Part shown: positions 23,901-36,100 of the stretch, in pieces | How the letters are laid out: every line of letters begins with the position of its first letter | How positions within the stretch are numbered: position 1 is the stretch's first letter | DNA from: Bilabrum cf. latius | Taxonomy: Eukaryota | Assembly (NCBI GenBank): GCA_965178125.1 | Contig: OZ237763.1 | Coordinates: 496,001-560,000, forward strand | Direction: 5' to 3' | DNA: 64,000 nt | Notes under the pieces: model-generated | The model's database searches: none | What the model was told of the DNA's origin: nothing | Seen by the model: the letters and a program-made list of their open reading frames with translations, nothing else | Position numbers and translations under genes: made by a program

Positions 23901-26900
23901 AGCTGGAATGGCACCGTCGACGCGGCCGGACACCGCAATGCCGTCACCACCAAGGGATTGGCCAGCCACTGATACTGAACCGGTGGCCCATCTGGTCTGC
24001 TGCTTGTGTGATGGCTGCCGGCCTTCTAGACCAAGTGCATGGTCCTCTGGAGCAAGACCGTCTGCGCCCCCGGAGAGCACAGCCGCAACTCCGCCGCCAG
24101 GCGCTTTCGATGGCTGCCAGCCGCCTCCCGTGGGTCGTTGTGGCTTGAACAAGCTAGCGCTGGCCTGTGCGGCACCAAGGTCTGGCGGCACCGTTCCAGC
24201 CGATGATTTTGCCGTCTTGGAGGCTCCCACGATGTCCATCTTCACGCTGGGCACTCTTGGCATTCCATCATCTTCGTCTACGGCGGCTGCACTGCTGCCT
24301 TGTGATCTACCCTGGGCCTCGTCAGGTACCTTGGGCTTGGCGCCGCTCGACTTGGCTGCTGCGCCCGACGCCTCGTCATTTGTTTCGACCTCTTCTTTCA
24401 CGGCTGCCTCTGCAGGCTGTTGTGCCTTTGAGCTGGTCTATCCAACGGTGGCAGATTCGCCTGTACTTCCCTTGGAGGCCCCAGCCTTGGCATCTCCTTT
24501 GGCACTGGGCTTTTCGTCGTCTGCTGCCCCTTCATCGTCGGCACTTTGGTCAGCTGCGTCCGATTTGGTGGCTATTGATGGTGCTGCCGGCTCAATGCTC
24601 TTGCGTTTTTCGTCGTCCTGCTTGGCAGTGGCCATCGACGCAGCCAGCGCTTGACGGAGCATCTCGTCCTCGTCCATCCCACCCCCGTACCCGCCATATC
24701 CCCCCAGCCCGCCGAGACCGCCCCCCATGCCGCCGCCCATCCCACCAGACGGGCCAGAGTACCCAGCAGGACTGAAATCCATGCCACTCGAACCGCCCGA
24801 GCTGGGCTGTTTTTGCTGCTGCTGCTGCTGCTGCTGCTGCTGTGACTCGAGCGGACTTCCGCCATCGAAAGCAGAGCCAGTCTGCTCCGCCAACAACCGT
24901 CCAATCTCCGATGCAGAAGTCTGAGTACCTGACTGCGATGACGATGATGCAAGCTGAGCGCTCGGATCCGAAGATTCCTGAGCTGCACTTGCGGCCTCCA
25001 ACGCTGCCTTGGGTGCGGGCGCTGCACCTTGCTCGCCTGCTCCTGGCGGAACACTGCCGCCTGATGAGTCGCCCAGCGACGTGACCACAGCTGCCACTTT
25101 CGGCTCACTTGACTCACCATCATGTTCCTCTCCAGTCGATGCCTCTTGAGCCTCCGTTTTCTCAGCCTTGCCTGTTGACGCTGGTCCAGACTCAGACTCT
25201 GCAGGCTTAGAGTCAGATGCACTCTGCTCCTCCTTGCCGGCTGCGCCCGGGGCAGGGTCTACGCCCTTGCGTTTTTCGTCGTCCTGCTTGGCAGTGGCCA
25301 TCGACGCAGCCAGCGCTTGACGGAGCATCTCGTCCTCGTCCATCCCACCCCCGTACCCGCCATATCCCCCCAGCCCGCCGAGACCGCCCCCCATGCCACC
25401 GCCCATCCCACCAGACGGACCAGTGTACCCTCCTTGGCTGGTGCCTGGGCCAGGTCGCGCACCCCCGGAACCCCAGTCGGAGCTCATTCCACCTCCCGGA
25501 TACATGCCGCCTGTGGATGCTTTCCCCCATGATCTCGGCTAGCCCGAAGGCCCAGGTGCCGGTTTTTCAGGTTTCCCGCCGCCCATCCCACCCATGGTTG
25601 ATGACATTGCCACTGACTTGGCTGCGGCTGCAGCTGCATCTGCTGCGGTCGACCGCGCTCGAGCTGCTGCCTAGGCTGCATCACGTTTACCACCCGGGCC
25701 GACGGGACCGCTAGGCTGATCGTCGTCAGTCCCGCTCGAGGCGAGTCCGGCCCCTGGGCCTGATGCTTCAAGACCAGCATCGTATCCGCGGATCGTTCTC
25801 CTACCAATACGAGTCCGGCCTCGCCGCCCGCTTGGCTCTGCTGTCATACCGAGGGGGAAACCAGCATCTTCGAAGCTACCACCCGACGAGGAACGGAGTC
25901 GAGAACCTAGGCCAAGCCCGTCGTCATCATCGCCATCTGAGTCCGACTCAGGGCTAACTGGCAACGGCGGCATATTTTGGACTTTCCTCGCTGTGGCCCG
26001 CAGCGTTTTCTGCGGGGAGTAGCCCATGGGAGGCCTCGCCACTGTGACCTCGCTGAACCACGGCGCTGCTCGCGACAGCTCGTGGAATGGGGCGATGGAG
26101 AACGGCATGATGAGGTCCAGGGACGGCCCGTACCCGACGCGGAAGAAGTCCTGCATCACCACCGAAGCTGGTTTCTCTCTGGCCGCCTTCATGTAGAATG
26201 CAACGTAGTCCTCCTCTAAGATGACGAGTGAGCTCTTTTGGCAGGCTTCTGGCAGCGGGGCAGGCAAGCCATGTGCCTCAGGCAGCATAAGCGACTACCC
26301 GGGACCGAAGCGTCTCCGTTGCGCGGCTGCGCGGCGCTCCCCCCTGCTCTATCTTCGCCTCAGAGAGGACTTGCCCAGGGACCTCGGGGAGGACTTCCCG
26401 GGTGATCCTGAGGAGCCGGCCTCCTCTTTTGGAGAAGACGACCCGGCGGCTCCAGCCGAGCTGCCCGTCTCTTCTGTCGCAAGCCCATGCAGCCGAGCCG
26501 TCTCCCTGATCCTATCCGGGAGATCTCTCACTCGAGTGCCCAGCTGCCGCAAGTACTCTTCGATCGTGGAGTGGGAAACACTGTTCTAGAGGTGCTGTAG
26601 CGACCAACCAGTCGCACCAAGGCTCAGAATGGCCCGAAGCAAGTCCACCGGAGTCATCGCGCGGACTGCCATACCGTCCACTCGAGGCGGCTCGATCGAA
26701 TCGCTCGTCGCACAAGGGGGTTCCCTGGCGCGATGAGCCCTAGATGTGCCGCCTGCATCTGCACTTGCCTCAGTCTGGGCCTTTGCGGCTTCAGCTTCCC
26801 AATCAATGGGGTCCTGCAGCTTCACACCAACCTTCGCGGCATACGGCTGCAGCGGGAAGCTAGCAAATGTCCTGAAGTTTGCTTTCACAGCCTTGAGGGC

Positions 26901-29900
26901 CTTATCGCTCAGAGGTTGCATGCGAGCAGGGTCGCATGGGTACAGCATGTCGTGGTTGCTATGGGCTGGCGCCTTCTTGTTGCTAGCGGTCGATTGCACT
27001 GGGCTCGCCGCTCCTATGAGCATCGACCTGGCCGCGTCCTCGGGCAACGCTTCGAACCGCACTCCGATCGGGGTATTCCAGTCACCCCTTTCTTCCTCAA
27101 TGTTGGACGACTTGGTGCGGATGACATCGTTAAATGACTTGCCAGCGACCACCACGAACTGCACCTTGACGTAGCGCTCGTGCTTGGGTGCCAGCGCATG
27201 CCGGCGGCGCGCTTCAATGTGCCGCCGAGCCATGAGCTGCTGGTACTTGCGCTTGTACTCTAGCGCTGCCATCGTGGCTTCCTCGCCGGCATCACCCGAG
27301 AGCTCCAGCACGTGTTGTGCCTCCCGCTTGGCTTGAGCGAGAAGGTCCGCCCACATCTGGGCCCGGCGCTCAGCTACGCCTGCGTCGTTCACACGAGGCA
27401 GCTCCAAGCCCGCTGAGATCGGGAGGTCAAGGGCGTATCCAAACAAGGACTCGAATTGGTCTTCGGGGTCAGCGCCGCCACCCCCCCCCATGCCCCAGGA
27501 AGCAGCCGGGCCATCCTCCGATGAAACAAATATGGCCTCCGCGTGATCGCCCACCAAGCGGAGGTACTCCACCATTATGGAGGGCGGGCATGTGCTCATC
27601 TGGTGGAGAGAGCTACAATTGCCAGGCGCAGTGAGCAGCATGCACTGAATCCCTGGGATGTTCACGGGGTTCCGCACCGAGTGCACTAGGGCTTCACTCC
27701 CTGCCTCAACGATGTCATCCTAGCCCTTAGACGGCAACGTCCTTGCCTTAGCATACTAGCGCACCTCAGTGGCCTACTGCTCGGTCAGCGTCGGTTTCTT
27801 CGTTGCAACGTACGTGATGAGACCCCTCCTGCCTGAAGGCTCCATCTCGCCCTCTTCCACCGGGAGCACGTCCCGGTCATAGTCTACCTCATTTCCGTCG
27901 GTTCCGTACTTTGGAAGATACACGGTCACTAGCGCACCTCTCTGCTATGCCTGTGTCCATGCTTGCACGTCTCGATTGGTGGGAGGTGGCCCGTCCATCT
28001 CAACCTTCCCCGGGGTCGTAGTGGTGCCCCTTGTACCGGCCAACACGCTGTAGGCCTTTGTCGAGCCATTCATATCGAGTTCTGTGCGCTAGCGCCGCTT
28101 TTCAAGCATAGCCTTTCGCTCTTCGGCGGATCGAGGCGGCGCTATGGCGGGAAAGTCTCCTTTACTGGCATCGTCGGCCGAAGCACCTGCGCTGTAGGCA
28201 CCCTTGCTGGACCCAGCGGCTCCAGCTTCGTATGGCTTGATCCCGGGCAGGTATTCCCCAGGTCCGCAGAGGTGGACCCTCACCTAGTACAGACTTTGAA
28301 ACGAGTACTTCAGAAACTTCCGGCGTTTAGCCTGCTGTTCTCTTGCGGCGGCACATGCTGCCATCGCAGCTGAGGCCCCCTCTAGCTGAACCGGGTACTT
28401 CTCCGGTGACTTGTACGGCATGCACGAGTCCTCTTCTCCGCGAAGTCGCTCGACCAGACCCTTGGCATTGATTTCAGCCTGCTTCACTCGGTCGTTTAGC
28501 TTCACCACGTGCATGCACAGCGGGCCCCTCCTGATCACAGACACATCCGTCTCAGCGTCCTCATACTCGCCATGGCCATCGGTCTTCACGGCATTCTTCC
28601 CGTGCTTTTGCCCCGCGCTGCTAGATCCGAACCCATTAGCACGGGAGATTGCTAGCATGCGAGCAACGGGTGGTTCCTGCAGCTTTGACCCGGCCACAAA
28701 CAGGTTCTAGCCCTTTTCAGTGACGAATTCCCACATGAACTACCATGCAAGCCTGCAGTGACCAGGCCATGCGAGCTTGCTATTCTCGACAGGCGCAATA
28801 GAAGAAGCTTTTGTGCCCATAGAAGCAGCACCAGGAGCTGCAGAGGTAGAACCGCTCTCGTCATTGCCTTCAGGGGCTGCCTTCGACTTCCCAGCGGATA
28901 CGAAGGCGTCCTAAATATTGGGGGCGATTGGCTGAATCTCAGAAGCAGCAGCACCTCCACCCAACGGGGCCTCGCCCTCGTCCACGGCCTCAAGAACGAA
29001 CACGTTCCGAACCGCCCCCATGGGTGGGACGACCACCATGGCCTCTGGTTTCGCCCGGCCGCCCACCCACTGGTACGACGGCACCCCGGTCCGAGACGGC
29101 GTCTCGGTCAGCACGCGCATGCTGGTGGCACTCGTCAGTGAGACATGCGCCATGGCCGTGCAGTTCACCCTCGATCTGACGTGAATACTAGCGACTACCT
29201 TGCCGGCCGGACTTCTGCTCAAAGTACACAGGGCCGCAATTCTGCCGTTGCCACTCGCAGCAACCACCATCTCGTTTGGCATCACAGCGTGTCCGTGCAG
29301 CGACAGCCCCCGGGGCACAGAGGCCGGCCTCGTCGCTGGCAGCAGGGCTAACTCTCCAGCGTACAGTGACTGCGCAGCTTCTTGAACCTGGGGTGGGATC
29401 CATTGTCCCGTCCCGCCGCACCCCGCCCATGCAGTGCTTGGCACGGGAGCCACGGACCTCTTCAGCCCACCAACCTCCGAGCCAGTCGCAAACTGTCTAA
29501 CCCGCTGCAGCAAATCTGCCTGTATATCTGCTGCGGTCGCCTCTACAGATGCTTGCATGGTCACTGGTGGAAGCCCTGAGATGAGTGCGTATGCGGTGCT
29601 AGCCTGGCTCGGATCCACGGCAACTTCCTTGGTGTCATCCTCGATGGCTGTCTTGGATTCCTCAGAGCTGGACCCTGCCACATCGCCCTCGCCTCCGGCG
29701 CCGGGCTGCACAACATTAGGAAGAAGACCGGCAGGTCGTTTCGGGACAAACTTCAGAGTCTGGAAGCGCTTTGAGAATGAAGATATCTCGGCTGGTGCGG
29801 TGAACGGCCTCGTGTGAAGCTGCAGTCCCCAGCCCCGACCCTCAGTACTGGACGCCACCAGGCTCAGCAACCTGAAGAACTGCGGCAGCACGGACACCTT

Positions 29901-32876
29901 GCCGAGGCCCTCGTCCGCTGCCTTGGTAGAGGAGGGGGCTTCCTGCACCTCTGAGCTTCTCAGGGCATCGACACCGCCGAGGACGCGCACAAGGGCCAAT
30001 GTCCTCGCAATCACATCCATGTCATCAGCGTCGAAGGCATTTCCAGGAAAGCCTGCTGATAGTGCTGGCTCCCTACTGCTGCTCGAATCGGCAGACTTCA
30101 GCTTGAAAGGCTTGCCTGTAACGTCAGCGACTCCCAAGAAGATCCCGACTGCCAGGCCAATGGCAGAATGCAGCACCTCGTGCTGCGTGGGGGGCTCAGC
30201 AGCGGATTCTTCGAGCAGAATACGCAGCTGCTTGGTCACGCCGTACGCATTCGCAACGCGATCTGAGGACTTGGAAGCAGCAGACTTCTCTAGCTCGGCC
30301 TTTGGCAGCATGCACTGCTGCATGAAACGAACGATAGCACGATCTCGAGGTGACATCTTCTTGTCGTCTGCGTCCACTTGCATCCAGTCTTCCTTGCTAC
30401 CGCCCACACTTGCTCGCAAGAAGTCCCTTGAACACTCGCACAACCTCACAAACACGCCAGAGCATGCCTCGAGATCGTACCAATCACCCAGCCAAGCAGG
30501 TGTCTTTACAAGCGACGAAATATCACCAGCTTTACCACCAGCTGACGAACTGCTTCCGACAGAAGTACTGACCTCTGCCTGCGAAATGCACCGGTTCAGC
30601 AGCATCTGCCTCAAGTGTTCCACCCGATCGGCTTCGCCCAAGCTCAACCCTGCTTCGGCGGCACCAGCGCCCTCACTCGGGCCGATGTCCTTGCCATACC
30701 CATCAGCGCCGTACTCGCCAGCGCCGTCGTCCTTCGATTCAGCCACATCGAAAGCGTCTACGGGCATGTCTATGTTCGGAATGTGAGCTTCACTGGATGG
30801 CACGGCCTCATCATCATCACCTCCGCCTGCAGCTCCAGCCCCGGAAGCCGCCGCTCCTACCGGCCGTGAGGTCGGCACGTCATCGCAATCAGCTGGACTG
30901 CTTTCGCTAGTCTTGGCTTTGATCATTTCATACGCCCGGTCAGCCGCCTTTCTGGCCTTCGTACTTGTCTCGCTCTTCTCCTTGTCTCTCCGCTCTTCCT
31001 GCAAAGAAAGCGCCAGCCCACCCCTGACCATGAGCGCGAGCACATCGCCACCACACGCATCGATGATGCGGTGCAGAATGGTGAGCACAGTGTCGACCTC
31101 TGCGTCTTTCAGGCCGGGTCGATCCCTCAAGAAATGCAGCAGGGTCTTCGCCAGGTCTTTTCCGGCCGGTCTCACAGCGCATCGCACAGCCGCTTCCCAC
31201 TTTTGCATGCTTGTGCCCTGGCTGTCCGGCTCGACTGCGTGCGTGTCCGGGCTGTATGCCGGCTTCGATATCAGTTTTCGAAGCAGGGCCAAAGACCGCA
31301 GGCCCGCGGTCGAGTCCAAGGTCTAGAACCTACTGATCAGCCTTGAGACAACCAGGATGCCGCAGATGACCACGCGTTTGGGGGGCGTGCTGGCGGCGGG
31401 AGTAGCCGGAGAAGAGCTGCTTGCAACCATAGACTTGTTGCTTTCACTGGAAGCTGGCTTGCTTAATGGCGGCGAAGGCCCAGCACCATCGTGCAGCGCA
31501 TCCACGCCGTCGCAGAGGTGCTCGAGGCACCCCAGCAGCAGCTTCGCTCTCGTCTCCTCGTCGTCAGAGAGGCTCTGTCTGGCCTCTACGTCCTCAGAAT
31601 CGGCAGGACCAGGGGGCCTCGTCTCAGCCATTGAGTCATCTTCGTCCTCGCCGCCCGCACCAGCCACGGAAGAAGCCCCAGATGAGGGCTGACTGAAGCT
31701 AGGGTCAGCGTTTCGGACCAATTTCCAGTGCTGCAGCGTCTCATCATCGCTGGATTCATCGTCTTCAGCCACGGCAGCCGCCCCGCTGGCCAATGCGCCG
31801 CCTTGGGCAGCTCCAGACCCCGCAGCGGTGGCACTTGCCGGGTCCTCCTACTCCTCCTCCTCCTCCCCGGTGACATCAGACCCCACGCCCTTGTCCGGGC
31901 TGGAAGGTGCAGCCGCTGCGCCCTTCTCTTCGGCGCCGCTCTCTTCAGAATGTCCTTTGCCTGAAGTGCCCACGCTTAATGCAGCCAGGCACCGCGCGAG
32001 CCTCCTGCTGACTCGCCTCGCAGGCCTCCCCCCGGCCCTCAGCTGCGCCACCACCTCCTTCATGGAGAGGGCCTGGGAGAGCGAGCGGAGCACTTGCTCG
32101 CCCCTGGGCCCGTGCAGCGCAGTGGGCTGCAGCCGACCGATGAGGGGAGGCAAGACCTCTTGTATGAGCACAGCCGCCATTGACATCCGGTCGGAGCGCA
32201 CATCGCGGCACTGCTTGCTCAGTTTCTCCAGGAGGCCGATGGCGGCGTTTGCCACCCGCTCGTCGGGCGAGCGCAGACACGCTGGCAGGTGAGGGCAAAC
32301 TTTTCGGATACAAGTTTGGAGCGGGGCGGTCTTGCGGATGCTTCCCGCAGTTTTTGCGATGTACTTGATGCATTTGGACTACGCATACCCGTCTCCACTC
32401 ATGTCGTTCAGCCTCTCAGCAACACATGCCACGCACTGCACTTTACCGCTTGGATCAACAGGAATTGATGTCAACGGACTAAACACGTCAACGCAGTGCT
32501 CAATTACTGTCCGGGCGGCCTTATCAGAACCAGGGCTCTTGCTCAAATACTCTGCAAGCGATGCACAGATCCCGCTGTCATAGCAGGACCGATAGAAATG
32601 ACCACCCGCATTCATGTTCTCGATCCACTACATCGTATTCTTCAGCAGCAAAAGAGCTGGCGGTCCGAGCTGGCTGTGCTGCGCTGCATGGCCAAGAAGC
32701 TGCTTGCCCAAAGCCATGACCGAAGTGACAGTCCTTGTAGGCAGCCTTCCGTGCTGTTGCAAGAAGTGTCCTGCCAAATCTTCCGTCAAGAATGATATCG
32801 TACCGATGTCATCCATCGTAGCAAGCAAAGTCTGCACAAACTCGATGAGGCTGCCCATCTCTGCCGAGCGATCCAT
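17937..32876 (-). CDS. Giant HECT E3 ubiquitin ligase (TRIP12/Ufd4/UPL3-like) with ARM/HEAT-like N-terminus and two UIM-like motifs, ~4979 aa
   Basis: 18 minus-strand ORF fragments (17937 to 32628) share one frame and every internal stop checked is TAG (roughly 30 by hand). HECT motifs LNVTFEGEDAHGEGVTREFYTLLFRSLQ[Q]TDLGLWR, GLFPQPL, LDLPLSPAFCKLL, MFSPDEL, FLEFATASSRLP..GFSGL, CSYELSLPEYSS; ends TGA. Confidence 0.9.
24600..25418. repeat. ~150-bp near-identical direct repeat pair inside the HECT gene (~24600-24751 and ~25267-25418) encoding a Gly-rich linker plus UIM-like motif
   Basis: GPSGGMGGGMGGGLGGLGGYGGYGGGMDEDEMLRQALAASMATAKQDDEKRK appears twice, 666 bp apart. Confidence 0.93.
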
Positions 32877-33121
32877 GGTTAGCCAAGATCCTCGAAAGCT
32901 TAGATGTGGCAAAAAACAGCTAAATCACCGCTGGGATGCTCCCAATCAGTGCAGTGAAAGCAATTGCTGCGAACTATGAGGCAGTCAGGCTTCGAATTAT
33001 TCTAGCCCACCTCCTCAGTAGCGTTCTTGCCGAGTGCTCTTGTCCGAATTTCATTGGAAGGTAACGTGCTATTATCTTACCTGGATTATTTGATTTCAGA
33101 TTCCCGTCTAGCGACAGCAGC
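32877..33121. promoter_or_regulatory. Putative bidirectional promoter between the HECT and NBAS-like genes
   Basis: 245-bp AT-richer gap between divergent inferred ATGs at 32876 (-) and 33122 (+). Positional inference only; no motif identified. Confidence 0.45.
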
Positions 33122-36100
33122 ATGTCTTTGATTGTGCAAGGGGCGTCGGGATATGATATTCTGAATTAGACGATCGATGCGGATTTGTCAGGGTGTCGAC
33201 TTAACTCGTTTAGATTGCGCTAGGTTGCCCGGCTTCGACACCTTGCAGATAAACGCGATGCTTCTCTGTTAGAGTCGTTCTGTGGACTACTGGAGGCTAC
33301 TTTCTGCTGCCAATGCTGTAGTAGCGGTGAATCTAGCTTGCGTAGTTGGTCTGAAGATGGTTTGCTTGCCTGTGAAGCAGTCTCAGCGGCCCAGGCGGGC
33401 GTAGACACATTCGTAGACGCTGGGATATGCTTAAACATGAGCTTCATTACGATTTATTGGAATTTTGTATCACACGGTAAGCCACTACTTCGAGGCGCAA
33501 GGCAGCTTTCGCAAGGGATCTTGAGTATGCCCGCAGTCTCGATCGGGGCTCGGAGTAATGCTGGCAATGTCGGTTTGTGTCCTTCCGCGGCTAGCTCCAG
33601 GCTATGGCTGCACGTCAGACGCCGGAATGACCCATCAAGAGGTTTGTCCTCCCCAAATTTGGCTCGCATGTCATGGGGTAGCCTCGATCACTGGAGGCGG
33701 GCAGCTGCTCCTGGGTCGTCCGACGACCCCTTGAAGGACGGACTGGAGCGGCTGAGAGCCGTGCCATGCTCCTCCAGGACAGTCGGATTAGGACTGATGG
33801 CACGTTCCAGCTAGGGGACAGCCTTACTTGCAGCGAGAGTGCTCTCTGCAGGTGTCTTGGAGGCTGCTTGCTACAGGCAGGCTGATATCGTCGCCTCCGG
33901 CCTGGCGGTGGGGGAGCTGGATTCAATCGATCCGAAAGAAGCATCGCGGTATATGGAAGAAGACTAGTAGCTGGCACGGTGGAATGCGTGCGCCGACATT
34001 TTTGCAGATGCAGCCGCTCAAAGTCAGCTCACGGTTGCAACTAGAGCAGCAGCAGCAGCCGATGCCGACGATGCTACAGAAGACGGCAGCCGCACTGAGT
34101 CCGACGGAGCTATGCTAGTTAGCAGTGCGCAGTCATCAATTTCAGCAGTGCTACCCATAGCCTGGGGCGCGTCATCTCTTTGTATGTTTGCTTCTGCGGC
34201 TTGTCGGTTGGGTGTCCCGTCGGAGTCAAGGCACCAGACTCGAGGTGTGGAGATTGATTCGCCTCCTTTGTGCATGTGGATGTGTGTGGGTGGCTCGTCG
34301 TTATCTCCTTCTGCGGGCGAATTAGCCAGCGGCCGGCTGGCTGTGATGCAGCTGGTGCGTGTGAAGCAGAGCTCGCGAAGCACTGAGAACATCGTAACAA
34401 CCCACGGCGCCCCGGCTGGCATACCATCGGATTCCGAGCCCAGCTTATCGATCACTCCATTTTCTATGGTGTCGTTCGGGCCTGCGCAGTTGCAGCATGC
34501 CGAGCGGGCTGTGTCCGTTCGGTTAGAGACTGCGTGTCCCGTGCGTACCAAGGGTTCGAATGCGGCAAGCGACCCTGATTTGGGAAAAGGCATGCCGCCA
34601 GGCGCTCGCTAGGGTCAGTCTGGCAGCGAGTATGCAAGCAGAGTGGTCTTGAGCGGAGAGGACGAATCCGGTGGCATTGGAGAGGGCAAGGAGGAGGAGG
34701 AGGAGGGTGAAATGAAGACGAAGGCCAATAGCAACACTGGAGCTGTACCTTTGGCAATCAAGTGCCAGCCAGATGGCCCGGGCATTTGCTCGCTTTCTGC
34801 CGCTGGGCTGTCACTTTGGCAGGCACACGGACTACAGTCACCTCATCATTTGGTAGACTCCGACGGATTGACATCGCTTGACCCCGCCGTCGAGCTTGTT
34901 GGCCACGTAAGTACGAGTGACCTGCATGCGTTGACCGGCAGTAGGGCGGAGCCGTCTCGAGGATCTGTAGCCTGGCTCAAAGATGTGTGCATTTGGCTGC
35001 CAGCAGATTCGTTTGGTTCTTGCGGAGAGATTGTTTGCGTTGCGATTGGCCGGCCAGACCACGAGAATCCGCAGGCAGCCAGCGGTGCTGGGGCGGCTCC
35101 AGCTGAACTAGAAGCGCGAGCCGTGGCACTCTCTGTTGGGGATGCCGGGCACAGCAATCTATCCGATCATGTTGAGCAAGAGTATAATGATCACGGTGAA
35201 TAGGACATGCCCTCATGGGTGCTATCGGAGTCTGCTGCAGCGGGGCTTGACTACGTGGACTTGGTGCTGCCAGGGAAGCAGTCAGTGCACACGTGCCGGC
35301 TGAGCAAAGAGTCTCCAGTTGAGGTTGTGCGCAGGCTGCTGGGTGCAAGTAAAGAGAAAGCCGCATAGGAAGTTCTGTGTTCATACTTGGCCGAGCAACC
35401 TATGGGCTGGGCAGAAGTTTGGGCTGCTGCTGTTGGTTGGGATGATGTGAGGCAGGCAAACCCGCGCGCACTCCGTGTCGCCGGAGATTGCATCCTCCGA
35501 GCAGCAGCAGACACCGAAGAAGCAACCGAACGAGCTGAGGCCATTGTACACGTGGCCCCATTGTCAGAGCCCGAAGCACACGAATTGGCCCAGTGCGTTG
35601 TCGACTTCGCTGGGACTGATCGCCAGAACATGCATACCATCCCTGCATGCAAGCTAGCTGTCCGCTTTCTACGGGTGTTATCTCTGTACCGAAACCTGAG
35701 AGCTGCAGAGCGGGTACATTCTCACACAGGTGAAGCAAAGGCTGGGGCTGGGGCCGGCGGGACCTCGCCACGGAAGGCATCGTCTGGCAGCAGTGGGAGC
35801 AACGCTGGCTTTGCGACCTTTAAGCCTGGCTTGTACGTTAAGATGCGCGAGGAGCGCGTTCCTGTGATCGCCGCTGTAGTCGCATCATAGGGGGCAACTC
35901 ACGCCTTGACTTCGTTTCTGAAATCTCAGCCCAAGGCATTGGCACCTTTTCTCATGGCCGTGCTGCAATGCATCCCGGCTGGCGTCCCCGTAAGCGGCTT
36001 TGCCCACCTGCTGCCCATTCCCACAACGGACGCCGGTGAGTGTACAGTGACCTGCATGCGTGGCTTTAATGCCAGCGAGGCAGCAGGCGATCGGAACCCA

